Assembly (NCBI GenBank): GCA_964187785.1
Contig: OZ076416.1
Coordinates: forward strand, 42,470,001-42,534,000
Reading direction: 5' to 3'
Origin: Amphiscolops sp. MND2022
Lineage: Eukaryota
Length of the DNA stretch: 64,000 nt
How positions within the stretch are numbered: the first letter of the stretch is position 1; every line of letters begins with the position of its first letter. The notes below the pieces were generated by a model, which was not told the DNA's origin, made no database searches, and worked only from the letters and a program-made list of their open reading frames with translations. This document shows positions 22,416-33,434 of this stretch, one piece after another. The translations under genes and the position numbers were made by a program.

Positions 22416-25123
22416 AATTTGATCAATTTTCCACAAAACCGGACTGTCTCTGAGCTAGGGTCGGGTCATCGATTCCTGAACCCTAGCCAAAAGGTGGTTG
22501 CATTTTCGTAACCACCACAAAAATTAACGTTAGTGCCGAAAATTTGATGAGCGTATCGGTCACCAAAGTCGAGAAAAGCTCTCTGACGTTTCGACTTCAG
22601 AGAAGCGTAAAAGGACCGAAAAAATCCAAAACTACTGGACTGTCAGCGCCTTATACCCAACGGGCACAACCAATTGAGGGTTTATCCCAGTGCTACGGAT
22701 AGTGGGGCAACACGTTGGTCCCATTTTGCCCGCCGTATCACTTTCTGAGGTGATCCTCTTGGTCGATTTGTGAAAAAAGTAGTCAAAAACAGTGTTTTTT
22801 CGTGTACAACGTACATAGTTTGTCGAAACCTTAAATAAGCGCTCGCGCTTCAATTCGACCATTTTAGTGGCATTGTAGGTGCCCACTGGCATAAACTACC
22901 AAGTTTGGTGCCGATCTGTGTGATACTTGTTGAGAAAATAGGAAAAACGCGGCGCCCAGAAAAGTGCGCAAAAAGGCAGTTTTTTCTTAATTTTTCCAAG
23001 TAACCCGGGCACCTTAGCCGACGGTGAGGCTATATTGCAGCCCACCATTGTAACCTATGCTAGTTCCTACGTTGCTGCAGAGAATTTGAGCTTGCTAGCT
23101 CCTTCCAGTGGACCGCAATCTTGAAAAAGACGTGAAAAACAGTGTAATTTGGTACATAGTGGTACCGCACGTCTGTACCTAGGTGAAACTGTGTAGAAGG
23201 GGTGCAGCTCAATTCTGTGTTCATTTTCGTAAACCTACGTGTACCTAAGATCTGCTGGTCAATTTTGGGCTGGATACGGCGCTTCCAGTGCACACACGAG
23301 CCTCTGGAGAGTTGTTGTGCGATTTTTGGAAAATCCAAAAATGCTTTGAAATTCTTCCTGTGGGTGACTGGAGACTTTTTGCCCTAAACCAGGTTAATTT
23401 TCTAGCCCAGTGTGCTTGTGGGAAACAGCTGTGCAAATTTAAACAGCCTACGAGCCTTAGAACGTGTTTTGAAAAATCTTGGACGTTGAAAAAACATCAA
23501 TTTTCTTAAGTCCTCACCGAGACGAGCAGAGGGCCAAATCCTTGAGGAGACCCCCTGCAAGCCTACCAGCGTCTGTTTTACTATTCTAACAGCGTGGTTG
23601 GTGCCCACTGGCAGCGCCTGCCAAGTTTGGGGTCAATTGGTACTGTATCTGTTGAGAAATTGACTAAAACAAACTGCACAAGAAGGTGCGCAAGAAGGCG
23701 AATTCTACGAAGTCTTGTGGGATTGCCTGAACACCTTATTCAAAGAGTGGGGCCAAATTGCTGCCCACTATCGTAACCAGTGCAAGCTTATCGTATTGTT
23801 GCCGAAAAAACGAGCTTGAGAGCTCTTTGCTGGTTGCCGGAATCTGAGTTGACGCGTGAAGAACACTGCATATTGGAACACGGTGATACCGAAGGTCTGT
23901 ACTGTGTTGAAACTTCACCTAGTCATCTCAGCACAAATCAGCTATTCTTCCCTTGTACCTCAACTCACGTGGGACTGTGTGGTTGATTTTGAAGCCGATC
24001 CTGCGTTTCTAGCGTTAGCGGTAGCCTCTGGAGTTTTTTTCAAGTGAAGCTGAAAAACCCAAAAAACATCTGAAAAACCTCTGACCTGTGACTGGATCCT
24101 AATACCCCAATTCTGGACTCACTTTTTGGGTCAGTGCATCAATCTGGAAGTGCTGTATACCTTCCAGCACGCTACAACCCTTGGAACTTATTTCGACGCT
24201 TCTCGGACGTGCATATTCATTGTGTCTGTCAGAGGTCTCATCGAGACGAAAACAGGGAAAGTGAGAAAAAGTCATTTCTACGTGTTGGAAACCTGTGGAA
24301 ACCCCTAGTTTGAACTCCCAGCAGTTAGTTCATTGCTGTGCGTGTGATATTTGATCAGTATCGAGTGGGCTGCTTTGCTGGATCATAGCATTTTATTACT
24401 TGAAGTTGTGATATCCTGTGTATTGTAACGAATTGGATCATTTTTTCGGAATTGTCGGCGCACCTTATTGGGAAGTTGGGATTACATTGCCCTGGACTAT
24501 TCTTAGTAGTGTCATTTGGTGCACCGTTGCTGAAAAAGTGAGCTCGAGAGCTCAGCACTGTGGACGAGAGTCTTTGATTGCATGTGAAAAATCGTGTCAA
24601 TCGAGACACGGTGATACGGAACGTCAGTATCAAATCTAAATCTTGCCCAGTGGTCTGAATTCTCAATGGTTGCTACTGTAGTGAAGCTGGCTATACGTGT
24701 GATCGCGTGACCAATTTTGAGCCCGATACCACGTTTCCAGCACTTGTAAAAGCCATCTGAGTGATTTTCGAAAAAAGATGAAAAGTCCTAAAATAGTTGA
24801 AAAAGGCTCTAGCTTGGAGCTGGAGGCAATTATCAGCTACGGAAGGTTATTTTTCTGACTTGTGTGACTGACAAATTGTGCCGTGTCATTTTGTACCCAG
24901 TACGATTGATAAAACTAAATTTGACTTTGTTCAGACACACGTCTTGAACAAAATTCAAAAAACACCAGAAAATCTATCATTGTAAATCTTCAATACTTCC
25001 GCTGTACAGGAGGCAAACCCAAAAAGCCTTCATTTTCCAACGGAAGGGACCAAATAGACCTTCCTGGGTGCAAACGAGGCAAATCCCACGGTTCAAAAAA
25101 ATTGCCGGCAGGGGTCATAAATT

Positions 25124-26254
25124 ATGGACTCCTCTTGGACTTCGAAATTAGGTCCTGAACAGTTCAAGTCAGCAGTGTTGCGTGCCTGGGACGTACTCTG
25201 GACTACATCTAACACTGGAATGAAACCTTCGGAAAAATTCCAACGCCTCTGCTTCTTTTTGAAGGGGGGAGAGGGCACCAGCGCAGCACAACCAATCGAT
25301 GAACCGGCCTCGATACCTTCGAACAACGCAATCATGGGCATGGCTCACACGTCGCCTATGGATCGAGGCGGGTTGCTCGAGAGCAATTATGGTACAGATA
25401 ACCCAAAAGATGAATTGATATCTCGCGAAAAGTTGAAGCGAGCGCTAGCTGAAATGCAGATCAATATTTCAGACGCCGTCGAATCAGAACCATTGACACC
25501 GCCAACAAAAGACATGGGGGTGGACCCAATAGCTTTGGACTCTACAACCATGGGTATTGCTGACACTTTGCCCGAATATCACGCCGGTGATAATGGGTTG
25601 CTCGAGCGCAACCTCTACTCAAGTGATACGAAGAATGAACGAATATCTATCTCATCCTCCATTTCCTTATCGCAGGATTCTTTAAGCAACTCTCACTTCC
25701 CTGGAACAAAGTCCCTAATATCAACTACGAAGTTGCTACCGAATTTGCTGAAAGACTCCTTTGAGCCACATTCTGCTAAACGTGGGCTACAGGATTTTAT
25801 TCAGGTGGACCCGCCAGTCTTTATCAATTGGTTGCCTGGTGGTTCAGCTAAAACTCAACCAACTGGTCATAGACGTGGTCGACCACCCCGCACAGACTGT
25901 GAGCACTCATGGAAAAAAGTTCTGCTGTCCCTTTACGATGGACGTCGCCGTGGCCGTCCACCACGCCAAGTTCTACCATGGTCGCTTCGACCGAAGGGAC
26001 ATAGGCGTGGCCGTCCTCCGAACAACTATTCCAGTCTTGAGACAGACCCAGTCTCCACAGTTTTCTTTATCGGATTTCCTGATGCTTCATGCTTGTTGCA
26101 CGTCCTGCTGCTATTGGATGGTGATGTCTATTCAGTCCAAACCACACTCCACTTCTTTTCAAAGGGGGAGGAGGTGTCGTCAACGCTTAATCTTTCCTGC
26201 TGCATTTTTATGTCAGGCATTCAATTTTGTCCATTCCTCACTATCCTCATGTGA
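25124..26254 (+). CDS. Intact 376-aa ORF with three AT-hook-like motifs, cargo of the non-autonomous LTR element
   Basis: ATG-initiated and uninterrupted; GHRRGRPPR, GRRRGRPPR and GHRRGRPPN, plus an internal repeat (MGMAHT..GLLE / MGIADT..GLLE). Confidence 0.62.
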   Translation: MDSSWTSKLGPEQFKSAVLRAWDVLWTTSNTGMKPSEKFQRLCFFLKGGEGTSAAQPIDEPASIPSNNAIMGMAHTSPMDRGGLLESNYGTDNPKDELISREKLKRALAEMQINISDAVESEPLTPPTKDMGVDPIALDSTTMGIADTLPEYHAGDNGLLERNLYSSDTKNERISISSSISLSQDSLSNSHFPGTKSLISTTKLLPNLLKDSFEPHSAKRGLQDFIQVDPPVFINWLPGGSAKTQPTGHRRGRPPRTDCEHSWKKVLLSLYDGRRRGRPPRQVLPWSLRPKGHRRGRPPNNYSSLETDPVSTVFFIGFPDASCLLHVLLLLDGDVYSVQTTLHFFSKGEEVSSTLNLSCCIFMSGIQFCPFLTILM

Positions 26255-27393
26255 AAGAGGGTGCTCAACGACTAAGGCCCGGGGAGTCAACTAAGGCCCG
26301 GGGAGCCTCAGTTGAAGACAAACACCCCTACACTCATCAACTCAACTGGATAACGCCCGGAGGATATCACTACGTTTGGAAATGGATACCTTGCAGCGTG
26401 ATGTTCTTGTTGGAGCAGTTTTTTCTGCAACTTTGTTTCGTAATTTTAGTAGTCATGTAAACGTACGTCGCGACATTTTTGTTTTAGTTTTATTTGAGAT
26501 GTTTGAATCCAAATACTTCTGTTAATTCAATAAATAACCCAAAAACTCTACATGTATTGCTACGCCCGAAAGGTGCTATTTTTGTTTTTGCGTAAATTTT
26601 TCCAAAGATTTCCAGTAGTTTCCTGCAGATTCCAAAGTGATATCCGGAAAAATAAGGAGCGCGCGCGCTCCTGATCTGCAAATGGCAAGATTTGATCTAC
26701 CTTTGTCTGCTTTACTCCAGCGCTTATGCTTATGAGCAGTTCGTAGTTTGCTTCTGATGCGCTCCCTGACAGATGCTACTGAACTCTACACAGGTATGGA
26801 GCTGCACATCAGTGCGTGTTGCCCAAACCAAGCCGAACTGTACAAAAAAAGTATCAAAGAAACAGCTTGTCTTCCTTTTAAACAGTGGTTTTACTGCTGA
26901 AAAGAAGTTTTAGCGAAAATGACTTTTAACTGTGCTGCAAACTGAAGTTTTATTGCCGTGGAAAAGATGTTTTTGCTGAAAACCACGTGCGCTTTGGAGC
27001 GTGAGCGCTCCGTAAAAGAAATTTTAGACGTCCAAAAACCAAAGTGCTAGCAGTATCCTATTCAGACTTTTGCAGAAAACTGAAAACTCGTACTAAAAAA
27101 GTGGTGCTTTTTTGATTGATGTATGGAATCTTGGATTTGATCAATTTCAAGGTGCATTTTTGAGTACTGGTATTCTAGCTCTCGAGCTAGCTCTGTTTCA
27201 ACAGTTTCTGGACGATGCAGGTTCTCTGGATGGCTAGAAGCAAGACCTCATGGTTGCCCAATCAGCAAAAGATGACAGTGCCACTGGACCGTTGCAACAT
27301 CACCAGTTTGAGACCCTAGTGGATTGCACTTATGATGTGGCGATGTATTCAATGCCAGCCTCTCCGCATGACAGGGACGTCATGCATAAAGCC

Positions 27394-27403
27394 CGGGGAG
27401 TGA
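27394..27403 (+). other. Polypurine tract of the non-autonomous LTR element
   Basis: CGGGGAGTGA directly before TGTAACGG. Confidence 0.72.
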
Positions 27404-28176
27404 TGTAACGGCAAGCTCTGGTACAGCAATATCAACCGATTTTGCAACTTTGACATGTTCAGAAATTTTGTCAAAAATTCTAATCCGATGTGTGACGTGG
27501 CACTGAGCATGTGATTGCTCTTTTCGCTGTTTCCACGGAATTGGCAGGTACTTCGACAACAAAGAGCAAGAACGAGCAAAAACACGGGCGCGCCGCCATG
27601 AAAGAAGCCAGAGACGGCAAGAACATCCGAAAATAGACTCTTTTTGAGGTGCTAACACCGGTTTTATCGACTTTCAGCATTATACTACCCTATGTAGTGG
27701 AAACCGTAAAAATGAGTCTTTTCGCCTAAAGATCCTTGTTTGGTGCTTGGAGCCCCTGCGCCCCAGCTTTTTAGCTGTGTGGTTTGCCCTATTCGTGCCT
27801 GTTTTCATGTATTTTCAGTGCTTTTGGCTGTATTCAGTAGCGCTAGCGCTAGTTTAGATCTTATTCCCCAATTTTAGATCTTATTCACATGTCACCCTGG
27901 AACTGGAAATTTACCTTATTCTTGGCATTGTTTTTATATGCTAGTTAAACGGTGGTCTTTAGAGAGTCAGAAAGATGCCCGTTACTATTAGCAATCAAAG
28001 ACTAGGACCGGTTGGACAGTATTCGTCGAAGCACCCGCGGCCCCGGGACGTATTTCACCCCTGGAGGCAAAATGGATCTGTGGCGATGGGCGCCTGTCCC
28101 GAGCGAATCACCCATTCCTGCAGGTTCCTCCACCTCTGTTAACGTGTTAAGCGACCGATAACTGCTTGCCGTTACA
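27404..28176 (+). repeat. 3' LTR of the non-autonomous element (773 bp)
   Basis: Uninterrupted copy, TGTAAC...GTTACA. Confidence 0.95.
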
Positions 28177-28736
28177 TTGTATTGGCACTTTGGTTGAGGA
28201 AAATCTAGTAATTTCATCAGTGTATGCATTAATTGACTACAGGATCCTAATTTTCCTTTTATGGCTCCAGGCTGACCATACTCTGGAGCATATATGGTGC
28301 AGAGTATGGTCAGCCTGGAACCATAAACTTTTATGGTCCAGAGTATGATCAACCTGTTTTTGTGTTTTTGTATGGGAGGGAAACCCGGGACGTTTTCAAT
28401 AATTTGTTTTGTTTCTTTCATCTTCTCTTTCGTTTATTTTGCCCAATGAAGACCACGTTCTCATAGTGGGTTCTGTCACATGAGACTTTTTAAGAACTGA
28501 GAATTTAGCAGACTGCTTCATAATTCTCAACATAACGACTTCCATTCTAAATACTCAAGTACCGTCTCCGTGATATTGAATGTTACTTCTTGTATTATTT
28601 TCGTTTTTGGGATGTTGCATCTCAGTTTCAAATGATTTGTCTCACACAACGAGACAGATGTCAAGCTGAACGGTTGTGCTTTTCGTCGCTGCAGTTGAAA
28701 CGCATTCAAGGCCAAATTTCAAAGCTGAAAATAAAC

Positions 28737-29431
28737 ATGGCGGACTTAGTGCAAGAGCTGAATAAACTTGGCAAAAAATACAGCCTGAATTACAAGAATT
28801 TCTTTCGAAATTGATTCAAAATCTACAGGAAAAAGACAAAACTATTGAAACCCTGGAACAAAAAGTTGCGTATCTTGAGACATCTGTTAATCGAATTGAG
28901 CGTTATACATCCAAGGACTCAATTATTATTCAAAACTTACCTCTTATCTCCGGAAACAACTTAGTAGCTGATGTTATCAACTTTTTCTCACGAGTCTTCC
29001 AAACTCAGGTAAATGAACAAGACCTTGTAGCATGTCATTTTCTGGGACAAGTCAAGGATATCAAATTCCCACCCCCTGCAATAGTCAAGTTTGTCCATTT
29101 TTGGAAAAAAGATAGGATATGGGCAAGGAAATATTGGCTCAGAAATTTCGGAAACCCAGTTAACAATAAACCTGTTTTCATGCATGAGAGGCTGACAAAG
29201 AGGGACAGGGACTTATCGGATTATGCAGCTGGATTGGGCCTCAAAGTGTCTTCGAAAAACAGTGCTCCAGTGGTGCTCCTGAAGGACGGACAGCATACAA
29301 GGTCTCATTTCATTGTTGATGAAACAGATGCAGACGAAATTCTTGCAAGTGGCAAGGCTATAGTGAGAAAAAGTGCCGCTACTGAAACTCCACGCGAACC
29401 AAGAGCTAAAAGACCGCTTCCTATGGATTAA
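28737..29431 (+). pseudogene. LINE ORF1 (coiled coil + RRM/CTD, L1-transposase-like), one frameshift near 28810
   Basis: LEQKVAYLETSVNRIERY..SIIIQNLP..DLVACHFLG..PAIVKF..VFMHERLT. Confidence 0.8.
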
Positions 29432-29674
29432 CCCAATATGCTCTCAAACGTGGATATTACAAATAAACTGAAAGAGTACAAGCAGGCTTCTGATGCAGAT
29501 GGCTTAGAAAACTTTATTCAAAATTTAATCGGTTGTTCGCCCCCACTGAAAGTAACTGGATTAAACGAAAGTGAAAATGGCCAAAAGAAGTGAAATGTTA
29601 GAAAGCATTAACAGCGACGGAGTTGCTTATTTCAAACTATAAAAACTAGCAACCCAAGCAACTCCGAAGAGGCA

Positions 29675-32513
29675 TTGGAGACAGACTGTAAATATATAAG
29701 ATCACTAAACACTAACTCAAAAAATAGAACGTTGCAGGGATTTACGTTTTTCTACAATAATATAAGATCCGTATCAACCAACTTAGGTAATTTAGAAATT
29801 TTGATAGCAGAAAGAAAGCCTTCAATCATTGCACTCACTGAAACATGGTTCAAGAGCGAAAGTGACGCAGAATTATATTGTCTTGAAGGATACCACAGAC
29901 CTTTTGCCAGCACTAGAACTAAAAAACGAGGTGGCGGTGTAGCAATTTATGTAACGCTAGATTTGGAAGCAGAACTCCTGCACACTGATGAATACAATGA
30001 GTCAATTTCAGTGAAAGTTAGTGACTTCAAAAAGACAAAGAAAGTCATAGTTTCTTGTTTTTATTGCGAACCTTCCAGAAACAAAAGTAAGTATTTAGAT
30101 CACGTCGAAGAAGTTCTTGAAATCAACAGTGGCGGGTTACAGATAGCCTGTGGAGATTTCAATATTGATATGTTAAACGAAAATCTAGCTACACGAGTAT
30201 CATTAGAGTATTTAATGTATTCACAAGGTCTTGACTTGGTGAGTTTGAGAGAACCTACACGAGAAACAGCTACATCTGGTACATGTATTGACTCTATATA
30301 CAGTAACATCACTGTTCAAAGATCCCAGATAGAAAAAACCACGTTCTCTGATCACTATAGTCTTAAATTAGATTTAGATATTTACTATGAACTAGTAGAG
30401 GAGATTTTTGAATTTAGATCTTTAAAAAAGCTAGACGATCCACTTTATTGTGAAAAGTTTCTATTTTTTCTCAGTCATTCTCTGGGTAAAATTCCCGAAT
30501 CAGATGCAAAAGCAGAAACATATCTCGATAATATTACAAAAACCCTGAAAGAGGCAACAGAGAAATACTTCCCACTTAAACGAATAAAACGACGTGATCC
30601 CAATAAATCTTGGATAACAAACCGTATCAAAAGGCATATAGTTATCAGAGATAAAATCTACCAATTATGGATCAGAACAAAATCACCAGAGGTCTTCCAT
30701 AGATACAAAGTGAAGCGGAATGAAGTTAACAAGGAAATAAGAGCTGCTAAACGGAATGACGTTCAACGCAAAGTTGATCAGAATAATCCAAAAGAACTCT
30801 TCAAGTATATAAAAAGATCGAGAGGAGTAGAAACTCAGGTGAAAAAATCCAGTGAATTGACTGTTGATCAATTCAATGATTATTTCATAACTGCTTGTGA
30901 TCCAGAAATTAATGCACCGATGTCCAGTAAATGGACAAGTCAACAAGGATATCATTCGCAATCTATGTACTTCTTTCCAGTTACTAATGAAGAAGTTTAT
31001 AAGTTTTTGCCAAATTAAAAAACAAAAAATCGGTTGGATTAGATGGCGTGAACGTGAGAATATTGAAAGCAGCGGCTCAAATTATCACTCCCTATTTAAA
31101 AACAGCTTTTAATAAATGTATATCCGAAGGCGTTTTCCCTAAAAGTATGAAAATTGCTAAAGTTGTTCCAATTTTTAAAGATGGAGAAAAAATATAACAT
31201 CCAACTATAGACCGATTTCGATCTTGGGAAATCTATCAAAGATGTTTGAGAAAGTAATTCATAAAAGACTCATGAATTATCTAGAAAAATTTTCAATACT
31301 ATCAGAAAATCAATACGGTTTTAGAAAAAAGAAAGATTGCTTACAAGCAGCTACGATGTTATGGAAAAAAATTCAAAGTAATTGGAAATCTAAAGTGAAA
31401 ACAAACTGTATTTTTGTTGATTTCAAAAAAGCGTTTGACTCAGTTGACCACAAAATTTTATAACAAAAGTTATACCATATCGGTATCAGGGGCATAACCC
31501 ATAAACTCTTAGAACATTATTTGACAGATAGGTATCAATTTGTGAAAATTGAGGATAAATGCTCTACGATTAAACCTATAATACGTGGAGTACCACAGGG
31601 ATCAATATTGGGACCTCTGTTGTTTCTTGTTTATATAAATGATCTTGGTACCGACCCAAATTGGCAGGGCGACCTCATACTTTACGCTGATGATACAGCT
31701 ATGATAGATGAATTAAACTCTAACTCTGATGATAAAAATCTTTTGCAAAATTGGATGTCGGAAAACAGAGTTGCCTGTAATTCTGAAAAAACAAAATTTG
31801 TCGTTTTTGAGAAAAGATCTGTGAAGTACTCGAACATAAAAATTGGGGACAATGAAATATCCTCTATTGAGAGTTATAAATATTTAGGAATCTTTTTTGA
31901 TAAAAAACTTAATTTTGAAGTACACATTACCAAGGTCATCCAAAAACTTGCGCGACATAGTGGCATACTTTATAAATTAAGGGAAACTTTGAATAAAAGA
32001 CAACTAATACAGTATATTAGATCATATGTATCACCAGTTGTTCAATATGGTGCAGTTCTCTATGGGTTAGGACCTAAATCTAAGCTACAAAAAATTCTAT
32101 TGCTTCAGAAAAAATTAATCCGGATAGTTCTACGGCTTCCTCCATGGGCCAGTGTCATAGAAAAATTCAAGGAATTCAGGATTGGAACAGTATTCGAACA
32201 TCACCTCTATGAATTATTCAAATTTTCACTTGATCAGATCAGAAATGGATTCAAAATTCTCAATATTGGGATACAGAATAGACAAACGAGGAACCAAAAT
32301 CTCAATATATGGAATTTTGCTGAAAAATATGATCTTCTTGATTATCGTGCAATAATATTAACGAATGCATTACGCAAATGGGGAGTATTGCCTCCTGATA
32401 AAAACATATGCGAAATGGATGAAAAGCAATATAAAAAGTTCTACCACCAAATTGCAGATCTTTACATTTTTGGAAATGATGAACTGATAAGTATTATCTA
32501 TAATAAATATTGA
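29675..32513 (+). pseudogene. LINE ORF2, APE endonuclease + reverse transcriptase; two frameshifts and one stop
   Basis: YNNIRS, LTETW, GGGVAIYV, GDFNID, CIDSIY, SDH (APE); NYRPISIL, QYGFR, FVDFKKAFDSV, GVPQGSILGPLLF, YADDT, YLG (RT); lesions near 31015, 31195 and 31461. Confidence 0.96.
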
Positions 32514-32811
32514 AGAGTCTCTCACACTGCATGGTCCTCCACATAAGGACTTGCGAGGATGATTTCTGCTGATACTATATCTGATCAGAAATAAAATTAA
32601 AAGGAAAAATTATATGTAAAAAAAATAAACAGTCTTATCCAGTCTCTTGGAAATGCCTCTAACTTTTCACTACTTTTTTTCTTTCGGGCATCTTTACAAA
32701 AAGCTTTCTAATAGCTTACTTGATGCCCCTTCCTTGGCAATTTTGTACAAATATTTGTCATTTTCTACCTGTGAGTAGAAAAAAAAGTATTTTGTTGTTT
32801 AAATATGCCAG

Positions 32812-33111
32812 GATAAATTCAATTATTATTATTATTTGTAAACATTTTAAAACTGTTTTTGTAGGTCACAATATGATTCCATTTAAAGAACCATAAGCTT
32901 CCATTAAGCTCCATGCATGGAATGATATGTGTCCATACGAGTTCATGCATGAATCATATCGTTCAATGCATGAAATTGCATTGAATTCCACGTTATGTTG
33001 GATCCGAGGGCTATGAACATTGAAAAGTCTCTATTATGGGTTCAAACTATGGGTTTTATGAGTATGGAAACAGTAGTGAAAACATGTACAAAACAGTCTC
33101 TTGAATTTATT
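32812..33111. mobile_element. Possible MITE-like insertion
   Basis: ATAAATTCAA ... TTGAATTTAT terminal inversion, a second inverted pair ACTGTTTT/AAAACAGT inside, and a CCAT/ATGG-rich interior. Confidence 0.3.
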
Positions 33112-33249
33112 CGAAAATGATGACCGAAAGCGATTGTGTATGAATTTTAGAAACGTTTTCCATAGAAAAGTTTCCTGGGAATGTTTTTGTTTTGTCTAAC
33201 AACTTTCGTTCATGTTTGATAAGAGGATAGTTGCTCAGAAAATAGTTAC

Positions 33250-33434
33250 CTAGTGGTGGTCCAATCTTCCCTCTGCTTTTTGATCGTCACCGAGATGAGG
33301 AGAATGTTCATACCACACAGCACGAACAACACAAGACGATAAAATATTTCCAGTGACGTGTAAATGTCCTCAAAGTCATTTTCTAGTTGTTCACACCAAG
33401 TTAGCGGCACCTCATAATCAATGTTGTCTCCCAT
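33250..33434 (-). CDS. Class A GPCR-like gene, first coding exon (N-terminus, TM1, ICL1)
   Basis: MGDNIDYEVP...IFYRLVLFVLCGMNILLISVTIKKQREDWTTTR|GTAACT; the GxNxLLI TM1 pattern is followed by the ICL1 TTxRYF pattern when joined to 18483. TM4-7 were not found, so the gene may be truncated. Confidence 0.62.

Larger units (their letters stand above)
18978..28176 (+). mobile_element. Non-autonomous LTR retroelement (LARD-like, 9.2 kb) lacking gag/pol
   Basis: Two direct-repeat 773-bp LTRs (5 mismatches by eye), PBS after the first, PPT before the second, TTG on both outer flanks; no RT/IN/PR motifs inside. Confidence 0.87.
28500..32628 (+). mobile_element. Near-full-length CR1/L2-group LINE (ORF1 + APE-RT ORF2); ends approximate
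   Basis: Two-ORF structure, short 3' UTR and A-rich tail near 32590-32628. Confidence 0.92.

Noticed and set aside
25761-26294. Second overlapping 177-aa ORF in the AT-hook region
   Set aside because: TTG start and no motifs; explained as an alternate frame of GC-rich repeated codons.
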